A stretch of 64,000 bases of DNA from Chloroflexota bacterium (GTDB taxonomy: Bacteria; Chloroflexota; Dehalococcoidia; Lucifugimonadales; Lucifugimonadaceae). Location of the stretch: the NCBI GenBank assembly GCA_002718455.1, contig PBER01000009.1, positions 15,879 to 79,878 on the forward strand. Direction: 5' to 3'. Below the pieces are notes generated by a model, which searched no databases, had not been told where the DNA came from, and worked only from the letters and a program-made list of their open reading frames with translations. This document shows positions 1 to 10,064 of this stretch, one piece after another. Position 1 is the stretch's first letter, and each line of letters opens with the position of its first letter. The position numbers were made by a program, and so were the translations under genes.

Positions 1-260
1 TTTTTGAGAGATGAAATCAATCTTTCATTAGGGTTATCTATAGAAGAATTTCCTTTTTGAATTTTACTAAGTAGTTTTTCAGCCAATCTATCCATGACTG
101 ATAGAAAGAGATTTTCCTTAGAAGGAAAATGAAAATATATTCCCCCTTTAGAAACATTACTTTTTTTAACAATTTCATCAAGAGGAGTTTTATAATAACC
201 ATTTTTTGAAAAATGATTTTCAGCTACATCTAAAATTTTATTTTTAGTTAAATCTTTCAT
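1..260 (-). CDS. TetR/AcrR-family transcriptional regulator, N-terminal part only (gene runs off the window start)
   Basis: Not in the ORF track because it is truncated. Minus-strand translation from the ATG at 260-258 reads MKDLTKNKILDVAENHFSKNGYYKTPLDEIVKKSNVSKGGIYFHFPSKENLF. This is the classic TetR HTH signature. Confidence 0.7.
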   Translation of the reverse strand, partial: MKDLTKNKILDVAENHFSKNGYYKTPLDEIVKKSNVSKGGIYFHFPSKENLFLSVMDRLAEKLLSKIQKGNSSIDNPNERLISSLK

Positions 261-316
261 AACCGACCGACCAGTCAGTAAACAGTCATGTATCATTATA
301 TACTAGAAAAACCGTT

Positions 317-1990
317 TTATCTTCCGAATTCTTTTAATAGGTAATCATATTTGATTTTAATTACTGCAGGTCTACCATGAGGGTCCCATGGTACCTCAGT
401 GTTTTCTAGGTCTATTAACAATTCTTTACATTCATTTTCTGACAACTTCTGTCCTGCTCTGACTGCATTATGACAAGCCAAGCGTTTTGAAATAATTTCC
501 TTTGGAGTATCGGCATGTTTTTTTACTAAATCCTTTGAAATCATTTCTAGTAATTCTGTAATGTCTACATTTTTGGTTTTGTACAATTTTTGATAAGGTA
601 TATTCCTTACTATGATTCCTCCTGTGGGAGATTCATCTATATCCCAACCAAGTTCATGAAATTTCTTGATGTTTTCAATGATTTGATTGTTTGAAGTAAC
701 TCCTAAGTCATAATAATTATTTATTGTTAGCATCTGAAATGCTTTTTCATTTTTTTGTTTTTGAAATTGTTCAAATAATATTCTTTCATGAGCAGCATGT
801 TGATCAACAAGATAAATTCCATCTGGACCTTCACAGATAATGAATAATTGTTTTATCTGTCCAATAAATCTAAGAATAGGTAATGTTTTTTTTAGAGATA
901 AGTTTTCTTCGTTTCCAAAACTCATTTGTTCGTGAACTATATTATTATAGTTTTGATATATAGTTTCTTCATTCGTTTTAATAGGAATATTTTTAGGTGG
1001 AACATTATTATTTAAAATGTTACTTATTGATGTGTAGATAAAAGATAATATATTATGTTCTGCTGAAAACTTCACTTCATATTTTTGAGGATGAACATTT
1101 ACATCAACAATGTTATGTGGGACCTTTATATCAATAGATATTATCGGAAACCTTCGATGTTCTATAAATGGCTTATAAGAGTTTTCTATTGTGTAATAAA
1201 TAGAATTATTCTTTACAACTCTTCCGTTTATACTTACTTTCATTCTACTTCTATTCCCGAAGCAATTATTTGGATTTGATAAAATACCGGTTATTTCAAA
1301 ATTATCGTTTTGTTCATTTAATGTTATGAAATCATTTTGTTTTAAATTGTAAATTGTATTCATTATAGAAATTATGCTATTATCTCCATCTGTCTTATAT
1401 TTACGTTTTCCATCAATGATTAATTCAAATGATATGTTGTTATGTGTTAAAGTTATTTCATTTAAAAATTGAACAATTTTTGACATTTCTGATTTCTCTG
1501 AACTCAAAAACTTGTATCTAGCAGGCATATTTTTAAATAAATTTCTAACAAATATCTTTGTTCCATAATTTGATCCTAAAACTTCATGCTTAATAAATTT
1601 ACCGAAAGAAAAAGATACTTTTGTAGCATCCTTAGAATTTCTCTTTCTACTTATGCACTCTATTTCAGATACGGAATTGATTGCCGCTAGTGCTTCTCCT
1701 CTAAATCCAAGACTTTTAACTTCATAAATATCTTCTTTATCCTCAATCTTTGAAGTAGCGTGTCTTTCAAAAGCTAATTTCATTTCTGTCGATTCTATAC
1801 CTATACCATTATCCGAAACTGAAATGAAATCAAATCCACCTTTTTCTATTTCAATAATGATGATGCTTGAGTTAGCATCTATAGAATTCTCTACCAATTC
1901 TTTGATAACAGAAACTGGTCTTTCTATCACTTCTCCAGCTGCAATTAGCAAAGATATTTCTTTACTTAGCTTTTTTATACTATTTGGCAT
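317..1990 (-). CDS. mutL: DNA mismatch repair protein MutL
   Basis: 557 aa. N-terminal GHKL ATPase motifs (IAAGEVIERPVSVIKELVENSIDA, VSDNGIGI) plus a C-terminal dimerisation region. Confidence 0.95.
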   Translation of the reverse strand: MPNSIKKLSKEISLLIAAGEVIERPVSVIKELVENSIDANSSIIIIEIEKGGFDFISVSDNGIGIESTEMKLAFERHATSKIEDKEDIYEVKSLGFRGEALAAINSVSEIECISRKRNSKDATKVSFSFGKFIKHEVLGSNYGTKIFVRNLFKNMPARYKFLSSEKSEMSKIVQFLNEITLTHNNISFELIIDGKRKYKTDGDNSIISIMNTIYNLKQNDFITLNEQNDNFEITGILSNPNNCFGNRSRMKVSINGRVVKNNSIYYTIENSYKPFIEHRRFPIISIDIKVPHNIVDVNVHPQKYEVKFSAEHNILSFIYTSISNILNNNVPPKNIPIKTNEETIYQNYNNIVHEQMSFGNEENLSLKKTLPILRFIGQIKQLFIICEGPDGIYLVDQHAAHERILFEQFQKQKNEKAFQMLTINNYYDLGVTSNNQIIENIKKFHELGWDIDESPTGGIIVRNIPYQKLYKTKNVDITELLEMISKDLVKKHADTPKEIISKRLACHNAVRAGQKLSENECKELLIDLENTEVPWDPHGRPAVIKIKYDYLLKEFGR

Positions 1991-1993
1991 TAT

Positions 1994-3193
1994 TTATTTT
2001 TTTAATAATTCCTTACCCCACATAACACTAGATAGAGCAAATAATATAGTAACTATTGATGTAAATAAAGTAGTAATTTCTGGACCAAAGTATCCAAATG
2101 CCCAGCCCATAGGTATCATACTTAATGGCATTAAACCCCATGACAACATTAATAAACTTACAACTCTAGCTCGATATTCATCGTCAGCATTATCCATCAT
2201 CAATGCTTGTCCTAATGACCACCTTCCCGTTTCAGTCAATCCCATAATTATCATAGCAATAAAACCAATTGTGTATATTGGAATCGCGCTAATCATCAAT
2301 AGCCCAACTCCTGTAAGAATTCCTATTATTATTAAAATTAATCCCCTTCTATTATCAGGGCCTAAGCTGGCGATAATGAATGAACTTATCAAACCTCCAA
2401 TGCCTGCAGCTGCCATTAATGTTCCCACTTCACCTGGATTTGATCCAAAGACATCTTTTGCATAAACAGGGATAAGCATTCTAAAAGGACCTGAGCATAA
2501 AGCTAACACTACTGCATGAATCCATATTATTCGAACTATTTTATTTGTTTTTAAATATTTGAATCCGTTTATAACTTCTCTAATTGTGGATGTTTTAGTA
2601 TTAGCTAATTTTGGTAAAAATTGAGGTATTTGTGTAGCCAATAACAACCCTATAACTGCAAATATAGAAACAGAAAGATAAGATACAAAAGGTCCTAAAT
2701 ATTCATAAAAATACCCACCAATTGCTGGTCCTATCAAAGTTGTAACTCCCATTCCCATAGCATTCAAACCTATAGCGTTTGTTACAAGTTTTTTTCCAAC
2801 TAAATCTGGAATTAATGCTTGCCTTGCTGGAACTTGCATTGCAAACATTGCTCCTTGTAAAATAGAAATGAAAAACAGATGACCCCAATGTAATAAATTT
2901 GTGAAAATGAGTACTGCTACTATAAGAGATGTTAATAAATTAAAAGATTGTGTAATTTGAATAATTTTTCTTTTTTCAAATCTTTCGCCAATAACACCTC
3001 CAAACATTGCAAAAACTAACAACGAGGGAGCAAACCCAGCAGTAACTATCGCCGTTAGTAGAGGGTTATTTGTTATGTCATAAACTAGAATCCCTCTTAC
3101 AGTCATTTGTATATGAAAACCAAACATAGCAAAAAACAGACTGAATAAAAGGTATCGAAAATCTCTAAATTTTAGACTTTCAAAAATTTTCAC
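1994..3193 (-). CDS. MFS-family transporter
   Basis: 399 aa, highly hydrophobic with about 12 predicted TM segments and an MFS-like layout. Lies 3 nt upstream of mutL. Confidence 0.8.
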   Translation of the reverse strand: MKIFESLKFRDFRYLLFSLFFAMFGFHIQMTVRGILVYDITNNPLLTAIVTAGFAPSLLVFAMFGGVIGERFEKRKIIQITQSFNLLTSLIVAVLIFTNLLHWGHLFFISILQGAMFAMQVPARQALIPDLVGKKLVTNAIGLNAMGMGVTTLIGPAIGGYFYEYLGPFVSYLSVSIFAVIGLLLATQIPQFLPKLANTKTSTIREVINGFKYLKTNKIVRIIWIHAVVLALCSGPFRMLIPVYAKDVFGSNPGEVGTLMAAAGIGGLISSFIIASLGPDNRRGLILIIIGILTGVGLLMISAIPIYTIGFIAMIIMGLTETGRWSLGQALMMDNADDEYRARVVSLLMLSWGLMPLSMIPMGWAFGYFGPEITTLFTSIVTILFALSSVMWGKELLKK

Positions 3194-3970
3194 TTAATTC
3201 TCTGATTCAAGGCGAATAAGCATGTTTTCTAATTCTTGTACTTTAATATAGTCCTCGTTTAAGAGGCTAAAGGCTCTCAATAATAGAATTGATATTATTT
3301 CTTTTGATTTTTCATTACTTTCATTAACATGAAATATTATTTCATCAATTTTTCTATTAGCAGGGAGTAAATCTTTTATAGACTTTATTTTTTCTACCTG
3401 AATTCTAATTGTCTCTTTTTCATTATTGGTTTCAGCATAGTCAATTTCACCAATAATTTTGGTAAGCTCTGTCAAAAGATTTGCCTCATTCATTATTGAA
3501 TATGTATTTTCATCTTTTATATTTTTATTATTTAAATCATTACTGGATTTTTTGAAAATTTCTCCTATTATTAAATTTTCATCAAAAAATTTTTTGCAGA
3601 GTTCTGAATATTCATCTGCAATTTGATTTAATTTCGACATGCTATTAATAGGGTTTATGATTTCTATAGTTCCTCCATAAAGAAGATCATCTTTTCGTAT
3701 TTTGCATAATTTTTTAAGTGAAATTAAGTCTCCTTCATATTTTTCAGGACCTAGAGGATAAGCCAAATTTTTTTTGTTCATCATTTTGTCAATTTCCAAT
3801 TGGTCTATTTGTTCTTTATAAATTGGAGGGATATATTTAGATATATCTTCAGCTGTGATTGGTAAATCTATTATATAAGCAGCATATAAGATGCCGTCTG
3901 AATCAAAATATACCATCGCATGTCCACTTGGAGTAGAAGGATCTCCTATTATAAACTTTAAATCTGTCAT
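3194..3970 (-). CDS. hypothetical protein (N-terminal globular part, C-terminal charged and coiled-coil-like part)
   Basis: 258-aa ORF abutting the MFS gene with 0-nt spacing on the same strand. No motif recognised. Confidence 0.55.
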   Translation of the reverse strand: MTDLKFIIGDPSTPSGHAMVYFDSDGILYAAYIIDLPITAEDISKYIPPIYKEQIDQLEIDKMMNKKNLAYPLGPEKYEGDLISLKKLCKIRKDDLLYGGTIEIINPINSMSKLNQIADEYSELCKKFFDENLIIGEIFKKSSNDLNNKNIKDENTYSIMNEANLLTELTKIIGEIDYAETNNEKETIRIQVEKIKSIKDLLPANRKIDEIIFHVNESNEKSKEIISILLLRAFSLLNEDYIKVQELENMLIRLESEN

Positions 3971-4040
3971 ATGTTTTTATAGTTATAAATGTTAAAATTA
4001 TTTGGATATAGAATAAAATATAAATTATAAGGAGTAATTT

Positions 4041-5081
4041 TTGTTCTATAAGTTTTTTATACTTCCAATCTTACAACGTATTAACCCTGAAGTATCACAT
4101 TTCATTGTTGAAATTATACTTCAATGTCCATTTTTTAGAAATTTCAATCCTATTCACTATATAAAAAAACCTATCAATTTATCAATAAAAATACTAGGGA
4201 TAGAATTTAATTCACCTATTGGATTAGCTGCAGGCTTTGATAAAAATTGCAAAAATTTGTACTCGTTATTATCATTAGGTTTTGGATTTATAACTGGAGG
4301 GACAATAACCTTTTCAAAAAGAGATGGGAATCCCAAACCTAGATTGTTTCATTTGAAAAAATCAAAAGCTTTGGTAAATTCAATGGGGTTCCCTGGAGAT
4401 GGATTACAAAAAATTTCAGATCGTTTAAAACATTACAATTCTAAATCTGAAAATGTATTTTTATCGGTTTCCGGCACTATTAAAAAAGATATTATTGATT
4501 GTATTAAAACTCTTAGAAATCATTGTAAGGCGTTTGAAATCAATATCTCTAGCCCAAATACTGAAGGATTGAAAATTTTCCATGATGAAGAAAAATTGTC
4601 CAATTTAATCTTTGAAGCTAAAAAAGTCACAACAAAACCAATTTTTATTAAACTTCCTCCTTGGGATAAAAATAACAAAAATGAAGGTGATTATCTATCT
4701 ATAGCCTATACAAGTATAAAGTCAGGAGCTGAGGGCTTGATTGTCGCTAATTCAAGACCATATGCTTTTGATAAATTAGCTGTTGGTAAGGGAGGATTAT
4801 CTGGAGATCCACTAAAAAATGATACAATACGAATGGTTTCAGAGGTGCGTAATAAGATTGGATCTAAACCAATAATAATTGCTTGCGGAGGGATATCGGA
4901 CGAGATTGATGTGTGGAACTGTATAGCAGCTGGTGCAAATCTTTGTCAAGCCTATACTGCCTTTATATATAATGGACCTTCATTTGCTTATAATATTAAT
5001 AAAAAACTTTCAGCTTTAATGATCGATAAAAACGTAGAGTCTTTAGAAAAAATACAAGGTCAATCAATCATAAAGAGATGA
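4041..5081 (+). CDS. pyrD: dihydroorotate dehydrogenase (quinone), class 2
   Basis: 346 aa. Motifs GLAAGFDKN and NISSPNTEGL, with an N-terminal hydrophobic helix. TTG start preceded by AAGGAG. Confidence 0.9.
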   Translation: MFYKFFILPILQRINPEVSHFIVEIILQCPFFRNFNPIHYIKKPINLSIKILGIEFNSPIGLAAGFDKNCKNLYSLLSLGFGFITGGTITFSKRDGNPKPRLFHLKKSKALVNSMGFPGDGLQKISDRLKHYNSKSENVFLSVSGTIKKDIIDCIKTLRNHCKAFEINISSPNTEGLKIFHDEEKLSNLIFEAKKVTTKPIFIKLPPWDKNNKNEGDYLSIAYTSIKSGAEGLIVANSRPYAFDKLAVGKGGLSGDPLKNDTIRMVSEVRNKIGSKPIIIACGGISDEIDVWNCIAAGANLCQAYTAFIYNGPSFAYNINKKLSALMIDKNVESLEKIQGQSIIKR

Positions 5082-5102
5082 ATTCATAAACAAAATCATT
5101 TC

Positions 5103-6041
5103 TTATAATATTTTCTTTATTTCATCATAAAAAGGCATAGATTCTTGTGCACCTTCTCTAGTTACACTAAGAGCAGATCCAACAACCGCCATTTCAATTG
5201 AAGTATTTATATTCATTGAAAGAGATATGCAACTACCTAAAATTCCTGTGAAACAATCTCCTGCTGCAACACTTGCCTTTACTTCTTGAACTTTAAATGG
5301 TTTGAAATACTTTTCATTATTTGAATCTTTATAGTAAACACCGTTTTCGCCCAATGTAATCGCTACAGCTTTTATTCCAGAATCAATGATTTTCTCTGAT
5401 GCTTTTTTTGCATCATCCACCGATTCTATTTTAATTCCTGTCATGTATTCAGCCTCCGTTTCATTTGGAGTAATAATTTCTGGATATAAAAAATAGTCTT
5501 TAGGTAAATTTTTTCTATACGGTGCAGGATCTAAAATTATTTTTACATTATTTTTTTTTGCAATTTTCATGCATTCTAGTGTTATTTGTGTATCTAATTC
5601 ATTTTGAGTAATTAAAACTTTAGTTTGAGAAATGTTTTTATTAAATTTTTTGATTAATGATTCATCGTATTTTGCATTTGAACCATAAACTGCATTCACA
5701 TAATTTTGATCATTTTTATCATTAAATATGATTGCTATTCCTGAGTGCATCTCATCATCAATTAATATGTTCGAAGTGTTTATTTTTTCTTTCTCCAAAA
5801 ATTGTTTTAATTGATCTCCGTAATTGTCTTCCCCTATAATTCCAAAAAATGACACACTGTTCTCTTCGGTTATTCTTGCAGCAGCAACAGCTTGATTTCC
5901 TCCTTTACCTCCAGGTGCTGTATAAAATTTAGATCCAACGCTCGTTTCTCCTGGTTTTGCAGGAGTATCTATATTCATAATTAGGTCCATATTTAATGCT
6001 CCTAAAACATTTATAGAATATTTATTTGTATTTAACCGCAT
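5103..6041 (-). CDS. ribokinase / PfkB-family sugar kinase
   Basis: 312 aa. PfkB signatures GGKGGNQAVAAAR and AAGDCFTG. Confidence 0.8.
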   Translation of the reverse strand: MRLNTNKYSINVLGALNMDLIMNIDTPAKPGETSVGSKFYTAPGGKGGNQAVAAARITEENSVSFFGIIGEDNYGDQLKQFLEKEKINTSNILIDDEMHSGIAIIFNDKNDQNYVNAVYGSNAKYDESLIKKFNKNISQTKVLITQNELDTQITLECMKIAKKNNVKIILDPAPYRKNLPKDYFLYPEIITPNETEAEYMTGIKIESVDDAKKASEKIIDSGIKAVAITLGENGVYYKDSNNEKYFKPFKVQEVKASVAAGDCFTGILGSCISLSMNINTSIEMAVVGSALSVTREGAQESMPFYDEIKKIL

Positions 6042-6109
6042 TATTATGTGTTTTCAGTATTTATTTTTTCTATAATAATAGCAGTAAAATAAATACAAAA
6101 CGAATAAAT

Positions 6110-6379
6110 ATGGCCATTGTAAAAATTCCAACTCCATTAAGAGCTTTAACAGAAAATAAAACGGAAATTCAAATTAATGGAAAAACGATAATTGAAGTAA
6201 TTGATAATTTAGACTCACTATATATAGGAATTAAGGACAAAATATTAGAAAATGGGAAATTGAAACATTTTGTTAATGTTTATGTAAACGGCGAAGATAT
6301 AAGATATATTGATTCATTAGAAACAAGTATCGATAATAATGATGAAATTTCTATTGTTCCTGCTGTGGCAGGAGGATAA
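6110..6379 (+). CDS. MoaD/ThiS-family ubiquitin-like sulfur-carrier protein (C-terminal GG)
   Basis: The track ORF 6026..6379 is trimmed to the ATG at 6110, giving MAIVKIPTPLRALT...ISIVPAVAGG. About 89 aa, ending in Gly-Gly as in MoaD/ThiS/CysO. Confidence 0.8.
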   Translation: MAIVKIPTPLRALTENKTEIQINGKTIIEVIDNLDSLYIGIKDKILENGKLKHFVNVYVNGEDIRYIDSLETSIDNNDEISIVPAVAGG

Positions 6380-6381
6380 CT

Positions 6382-7485
6382 TTAACCGATGATTTTTGAA
6401 ATAGAACTTTTTACTATTTCAGAAGATACATTTCCTTCAATAATGGCTTCACCGATATTTCTAAGTAAAATCCATTGAACATTCCCATCCACATTTTTTT
6501 TATCCATTCGAATAGCTTCTATTAATTCTTCTGCATTTAAGTTTTTGTCATTAGTTGGTAGTCCATAACTATTTAGTATATTTTTTTGTCTCTTTACAGA
6601 ATCAATATTAACTAATCCTAAATTTAAGGAAATATATATTGATACCATCATGCCTATACTAACCGCCTCACCATGCAAATATTTCTTAAATTTTGTTACT
6701 TTTTCTATAGCATGGCCTATTGTATGCCCATAGTTAAGCTTTATTCTATCTTGTCCTCTCTCAAATTCATCCTTGGAAACGACTTGTGCTTTGATACGGA
6801 CGGACTTTTTTAAAATTTCTGCGGCATATTCAGTATCTAGATTAATGATAACTTTTTTGTTATTTTCAAATTCTTCAAATAATTTTTCATCACTTATCAA
6901 AGCATGTTTAATCGCTTCTGCCCATCCACTATTTTTTTCTCGTATTGGTAAAGTATTTAAAAAGTCTAAATCTTCAAAAACAAGTTTCGGTTGATTAAAA
7001 GATCCTATTAAATTTTTACCGGCATCTAAGTTATAGGCTGTTTTTCCTCCTATAGCAGCATCAGTCATTGCCGCTAGAGTTGTTGGTACTTGTATGTAAG
7101 GAATACCTCTAAGATAACTTGAGGCAGCAAATCCAATGATATCACCAGCTACTCCACCTCCAAAAGACACTATAAAATCTTTTCTTTCAGCTTTCATAGT
7201 TGAAAGCCAATCATATATTTTTGAAACAGAATTATAGTTTTTGTTTTCTTCATTTAGTTCTAGAGAAAAGGTGTTTGTCCTATATCCAAAAGATTCCATG
7301 GTTTCGTGAAGAAGCTTTACTTTTTTGGGAAACATTGACTTATCAGCAATTATGAAGCATTTTTTTTTCTCAATTCCTGCATATTCCAACTCTCTACCTA
7401 ATAAATTAAGAATACTTTTGCCTACTATTACTCGATAATTACCCTGAGATGTGTTTACTTCAGATGCTAAATATTTATTTTTCAT
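6382..7485 (-). CDS. aroB: 3-dehydroquinate synthase
   Basis: 367 aa. Motifs GGGVAGDIIGFAA, NYGHTIGHAIE and HGEAVSIGM. Confidence 0.95.
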   Translation of the reverse strand: MKNKYLASEVNTSQGNYRVIVGKSILNLLGRELEYAGIEKKKCFIIADKSMFPKKVKLLHETMESFGYRTNTFSLELNEENKNYNSVSKIYDWLSTMKAERKDFIVSFGGGVAGDIIGFAASSYLRGIPYIQVPTTLAAMTDAAIGGKTAYNLDAGKNLIGSFNQPKLVFEDLDFLNTLPIREKNSGWAEAIKHALISDEKLFEEFENNKKVIINLDTEYAAEILKKSVRIKAQVVSKDEFERGQDRIKLNYGHTIGHAIEKVTKFKKYLHGEAVSIGMMVSIYISLNLGLVNIDSVKRQKNILNSYGLPTNDKNLNAEELIEAIRMDKKNVDGNVQWILLRNIGEAIIEGNVSSEIVKSSISKIIG

Positions 7486-7500
7486 AAGATTCTCGTAAAA

Positions 7501-8034
7501 TCAAGTCTTGATTTCGCATAATTTATTTTTTATTTCTTCTGCAAGAGTATTTAAGCTCTTATTATCTGTTTTAATAGAAAACTTTGCCAATTGATAGTAT
7601 TTTTCTCTTTGTTCGTATAGAGATGAAAGTTCATTTTCGTTAATTTTTTCTCCAAGTAAAGGTCTAATCTCCTTCGATTCCTCTAAACGTTTAATTATTG
7701 TTTTTATTGTAGAATTTAGCCAAATCATAATTCCATAATGGTTCATAATCTTCAGGTTCTCTTTTATTGTAGGAATCCCTCCTCCTGTAGAAATAACCAT
7801 TTTTGAATCATAATTAATTTCATTTAAGCATTCGGTTTCGATCTTTCTAAAATAATTTTCACCTCTACGAGTAATTATTTCACTGATTTTCATATTTAGA
7901 TTAGCTTCTATTTTTTTATCAGTATCTAGAAAATTAAATTTTAATTTTCTTGCTAATAATTTTCCTACTGAACTCTTTCCTGAACCAGAAAATCCTATTA
8001 AGAATAAGTTATTGTATCTATCTCTATTTTCCAT
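7501..8034 (-). CDS. aroK: shikimate kinase
   Basis: 177 aa. P-loop GFSGSGKSSVGKLLA. Overlaps the aroC end by 11 nt. Confidence 0.9.
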   Translation of the reverse strand: MENRDRYNNLFLIGFSGSGKSSVGKLLARKLKFNFLDTDKKIEANLNMKISEIITRRGENYFRKIETECLNEINYDSKMVISTGGGIPTIKENLKIMNHYGIMIWLNSTIKTIIKRLEESKEIRPLLGEKINENELSSLYEQREKYYQLAKFSIKTDNKSLNTLAEEIKNKLCEIKT

Positions 8035-9202
8035 ATTCTTTAAAAGATGAAATGTAGGCTTTATAATTTCTTTTTATCTCTTGAATACTATCACCACCAA
8101 ATTTTTCAAGTACAACCTCGGATAACGTTATAGCTAACATTGCTTCTCCTATAGGACATGCTCTTGCTACCTGACATATATCTGATCTATTATAAGCAGC
8201 TTCAACAATATCTCCTGAGATAATGTCAACCGAAGGAAGGGGTTTAGTCATTGTTGCTATAGGTTTTACAGCCACGTTCACAATTATGTTATTACCATTT
8301 GACATTCCACCTTCAAGCCCACCAGCATGATTTGTTTTGTGTGAAAATTTTCTTTCGTCTTGTGAATTTGGCTCTATAACATCTTGAACTAAATTCCCAT
8401 ATTTTTCAGTATTGTTAAATCCGTTACCTATTTCAACACCCTTTACAGCATTAATGGACATCATTGATTGAGCTATTTTACCATCTAATTTATTATCCCA
8501 TTGAATATAATCACCTAGGCCTAAAGGTATCCCAAAGCCTATAACTTGAAACACACCACCGATTGTAGTTCTTTCTTTCTTTGCTTGATCAATAACATTT
8601 GTGAATAACTGTTCTTCTCTAGTATTTGTAGATCTAACTATAGAATTTTCAACATGCTCCCAATTTATTTGATCAACATTAGCTACAGATGTTTTTTCCC
8701 ATCCTATGGATATAACGCGAGATTTTATATCAATTCCAATCTCTGATAAAAATTTTTTGCATATGGAACCTACTGCAACTCTAGCAGCAGTTTCTCTAGC
8801 ACTGGCTCGTTCTAAGACATTACGCACGTCTTTGTGGTTATATTTTAGTGTTCCAGGAAAATCAGCATGTCCTGGTACTATTTTTGTTTGGCGCTTAATA
8901 TCATCTTTTTCATTCACTGGTTCTATTGCCATTGCTGTTGTCCAATTCTCCCAGTCTTTATTTTCAATCCACAATGATATCGGTGACCCAAGTGTTTTCC
9001 CATGCCTAACTCCGGACTTTATATTGGCACTATCTTTTTCAATTTTCATCCTGCCACCTGAACCATATCCTTTTTGTCTTCTTGACATGTCAATTCGAAT
9101 ATATTCTTCACTTAATGATAAATTTGAAGGGATACCTTCTAAAATCACGGTCAAGCCCATTCCATGAGATTCCCCAGCTGTTAAAAATCTAAACTTTGTC
9201 AT
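8024..9202 (-). CDS. aroC: chorismate synthase
   Basis: 392 aa. N-terminus FRFLTAGESHG and overall family pattern. Confidence 0.95.
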   Translation of the reverse strand: MTKFRFLTAGESHGMGLTVILEGIPSNLSLSEEYIRIDMSRRQKGYGSGGRMKIEKDSANIKSGVRHGKTLGSPISLWIENKDWENWTTAMAIEPVNEKDDIKRQTKIVPGHADFPGTLKYNHKDVRNVLERASARETAARVAVGSICKKFLSEIGIDIKSRVISIGWEKTSVANVDQINWEHVENSIVRSTNTREEQLFTNVIDQAKKERTTIGGVFQVIGFGIPLGLGDYIQWDNKLDGKIAQSMMSINAVKGVEIGNGFNNTEKYGNLVQDVIEPNSQDERKFSHKTNHAGGLEGGMSNGNNIIVNVAVKPIATMTKPLPSVDIISGDIVEAAYNRSDICQVARACPIGEAMLAITLSEVVLEKFGGDSIQEIKRNYKAYISSFKEYGK

Positions 9203-9218
9203 AATAATTCCTCTGTAT

Positions 9219-10064
9219 CTATAATTTTATACCAACAGAATCAAGCATTGTATTTATAGGAGCTTTTTTATTTGTTAAAAGTTCAAATCCTGAAGCAGCT
9301 TGGAACACTAACATAGATAAGCCTCCTATAGTGTCTATTTTATTATTTTTGGCATCTCTTAAAAATGGAGTGATTTGAGGTGAATAAACTAAATCATAAC
9401 ATAATGCCCTAGTGTTGAGTAAACTCGTGTCGATAGGAGATTTTTTTGGGTCTGGACCACCAGTCATACCAAGTGAAGTTGCATTTATAATTAAATCTAT
9501 TTCTTTTAAGGTGGTTAAATTATTCAATTCTTTAAAATCCATGATTTTTATGTCCGTTTGGTTATTAGCAAATAATTCTTTAATTTCCTCCGCTTTTTGT
9601 AAAGTACGATTGGAAATTATAATTGATTTAACTTTTCCTTTTATAAGGCCCTGGCAGATAGCTTTTGCTGAACCTCCTGCACCTATTATCAAAGCTGATT
9701 TATTTTTGATTGATTTTTTGTAAAAATCTAGACTATTAATAAAACCAAGCCAATCTGTATTATAACCACTTAATGTTCCATTCTTATTTATTATCCAATT
9801 AATCGCATCAATTTCTTTTGCTGAATTATCTATATTATCAAGGTATTGCATTACTTTTTTCTTATAAGGCAAAGTTATACAACATCCTAAAACATTTTCA
9901 TTTCTAAGAGATTGTATCTTATCTTTTAGTAACTTTTCTTCAGTTTCCCAAATTTGGAAATCTATATTGTAACCTAGTTCATTAAATGCTGAATTATGAA
10001 TAGTTGGAGACAAAGTATGTCCAAGAGGGTATCCTATAATTCCAGCTTTCATATTATTTTGCAT
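9219..10064 (-). CDS. aroE: shikimate dehydrogenase
   Basis: 281 aa. GIIGYPLGHTLSPTIHN and the Rossmann motif GAGGSAKA. Confidence 0.9.
   Translation of the reverse strand: MQNNMKAGIIGYPLGHTLSPTIHNSAFNELGYNIDFQIWETEEKLLKDKIQSLRNENVLGCCITLPYKKKVMQYLDNIDNSAKEIDAINWIINKNGTLSGYNTDWLGFINSLDFYKKSIKNKSALIIGAGGSAKAICQGLIKGKVKSIIISNRTLQKAEEIKELFANNQTDIKIMDFKELNNLTTLKEIDLIINATSLGMTGGPDPKKSPIDTSLLNTRALCYDLVYSPQITPFLRDAKNNKIDTIGGLSMLVFQAASGFELLTNKKAPINTMLDSVGIKL

Noticed and set aside
1824-2465. 213-aa plus-strand ORF and similar long antisense ORFs (8706..9167, 20244..20723, 48785..49132, 47001..47333, 59298..59756 and others)
   Set aside because: Each lies fully inside a confidently identified gene on the opposite strand. 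Their compositions are low-complexity or Ser/Pro/Ile-rich, typical of shadow frames in AT-rich DNA, and they lack SD sequences.
6026-6109. N-terminal extensions of the track ORFs at 6026 (MoaD-like) and 32706 (EamA)
   Set aside because: The extensions overlap the starts of divergent genes and are hydrophobic, low-complexity read-through. Internal ATGs give products of the canonical family length.
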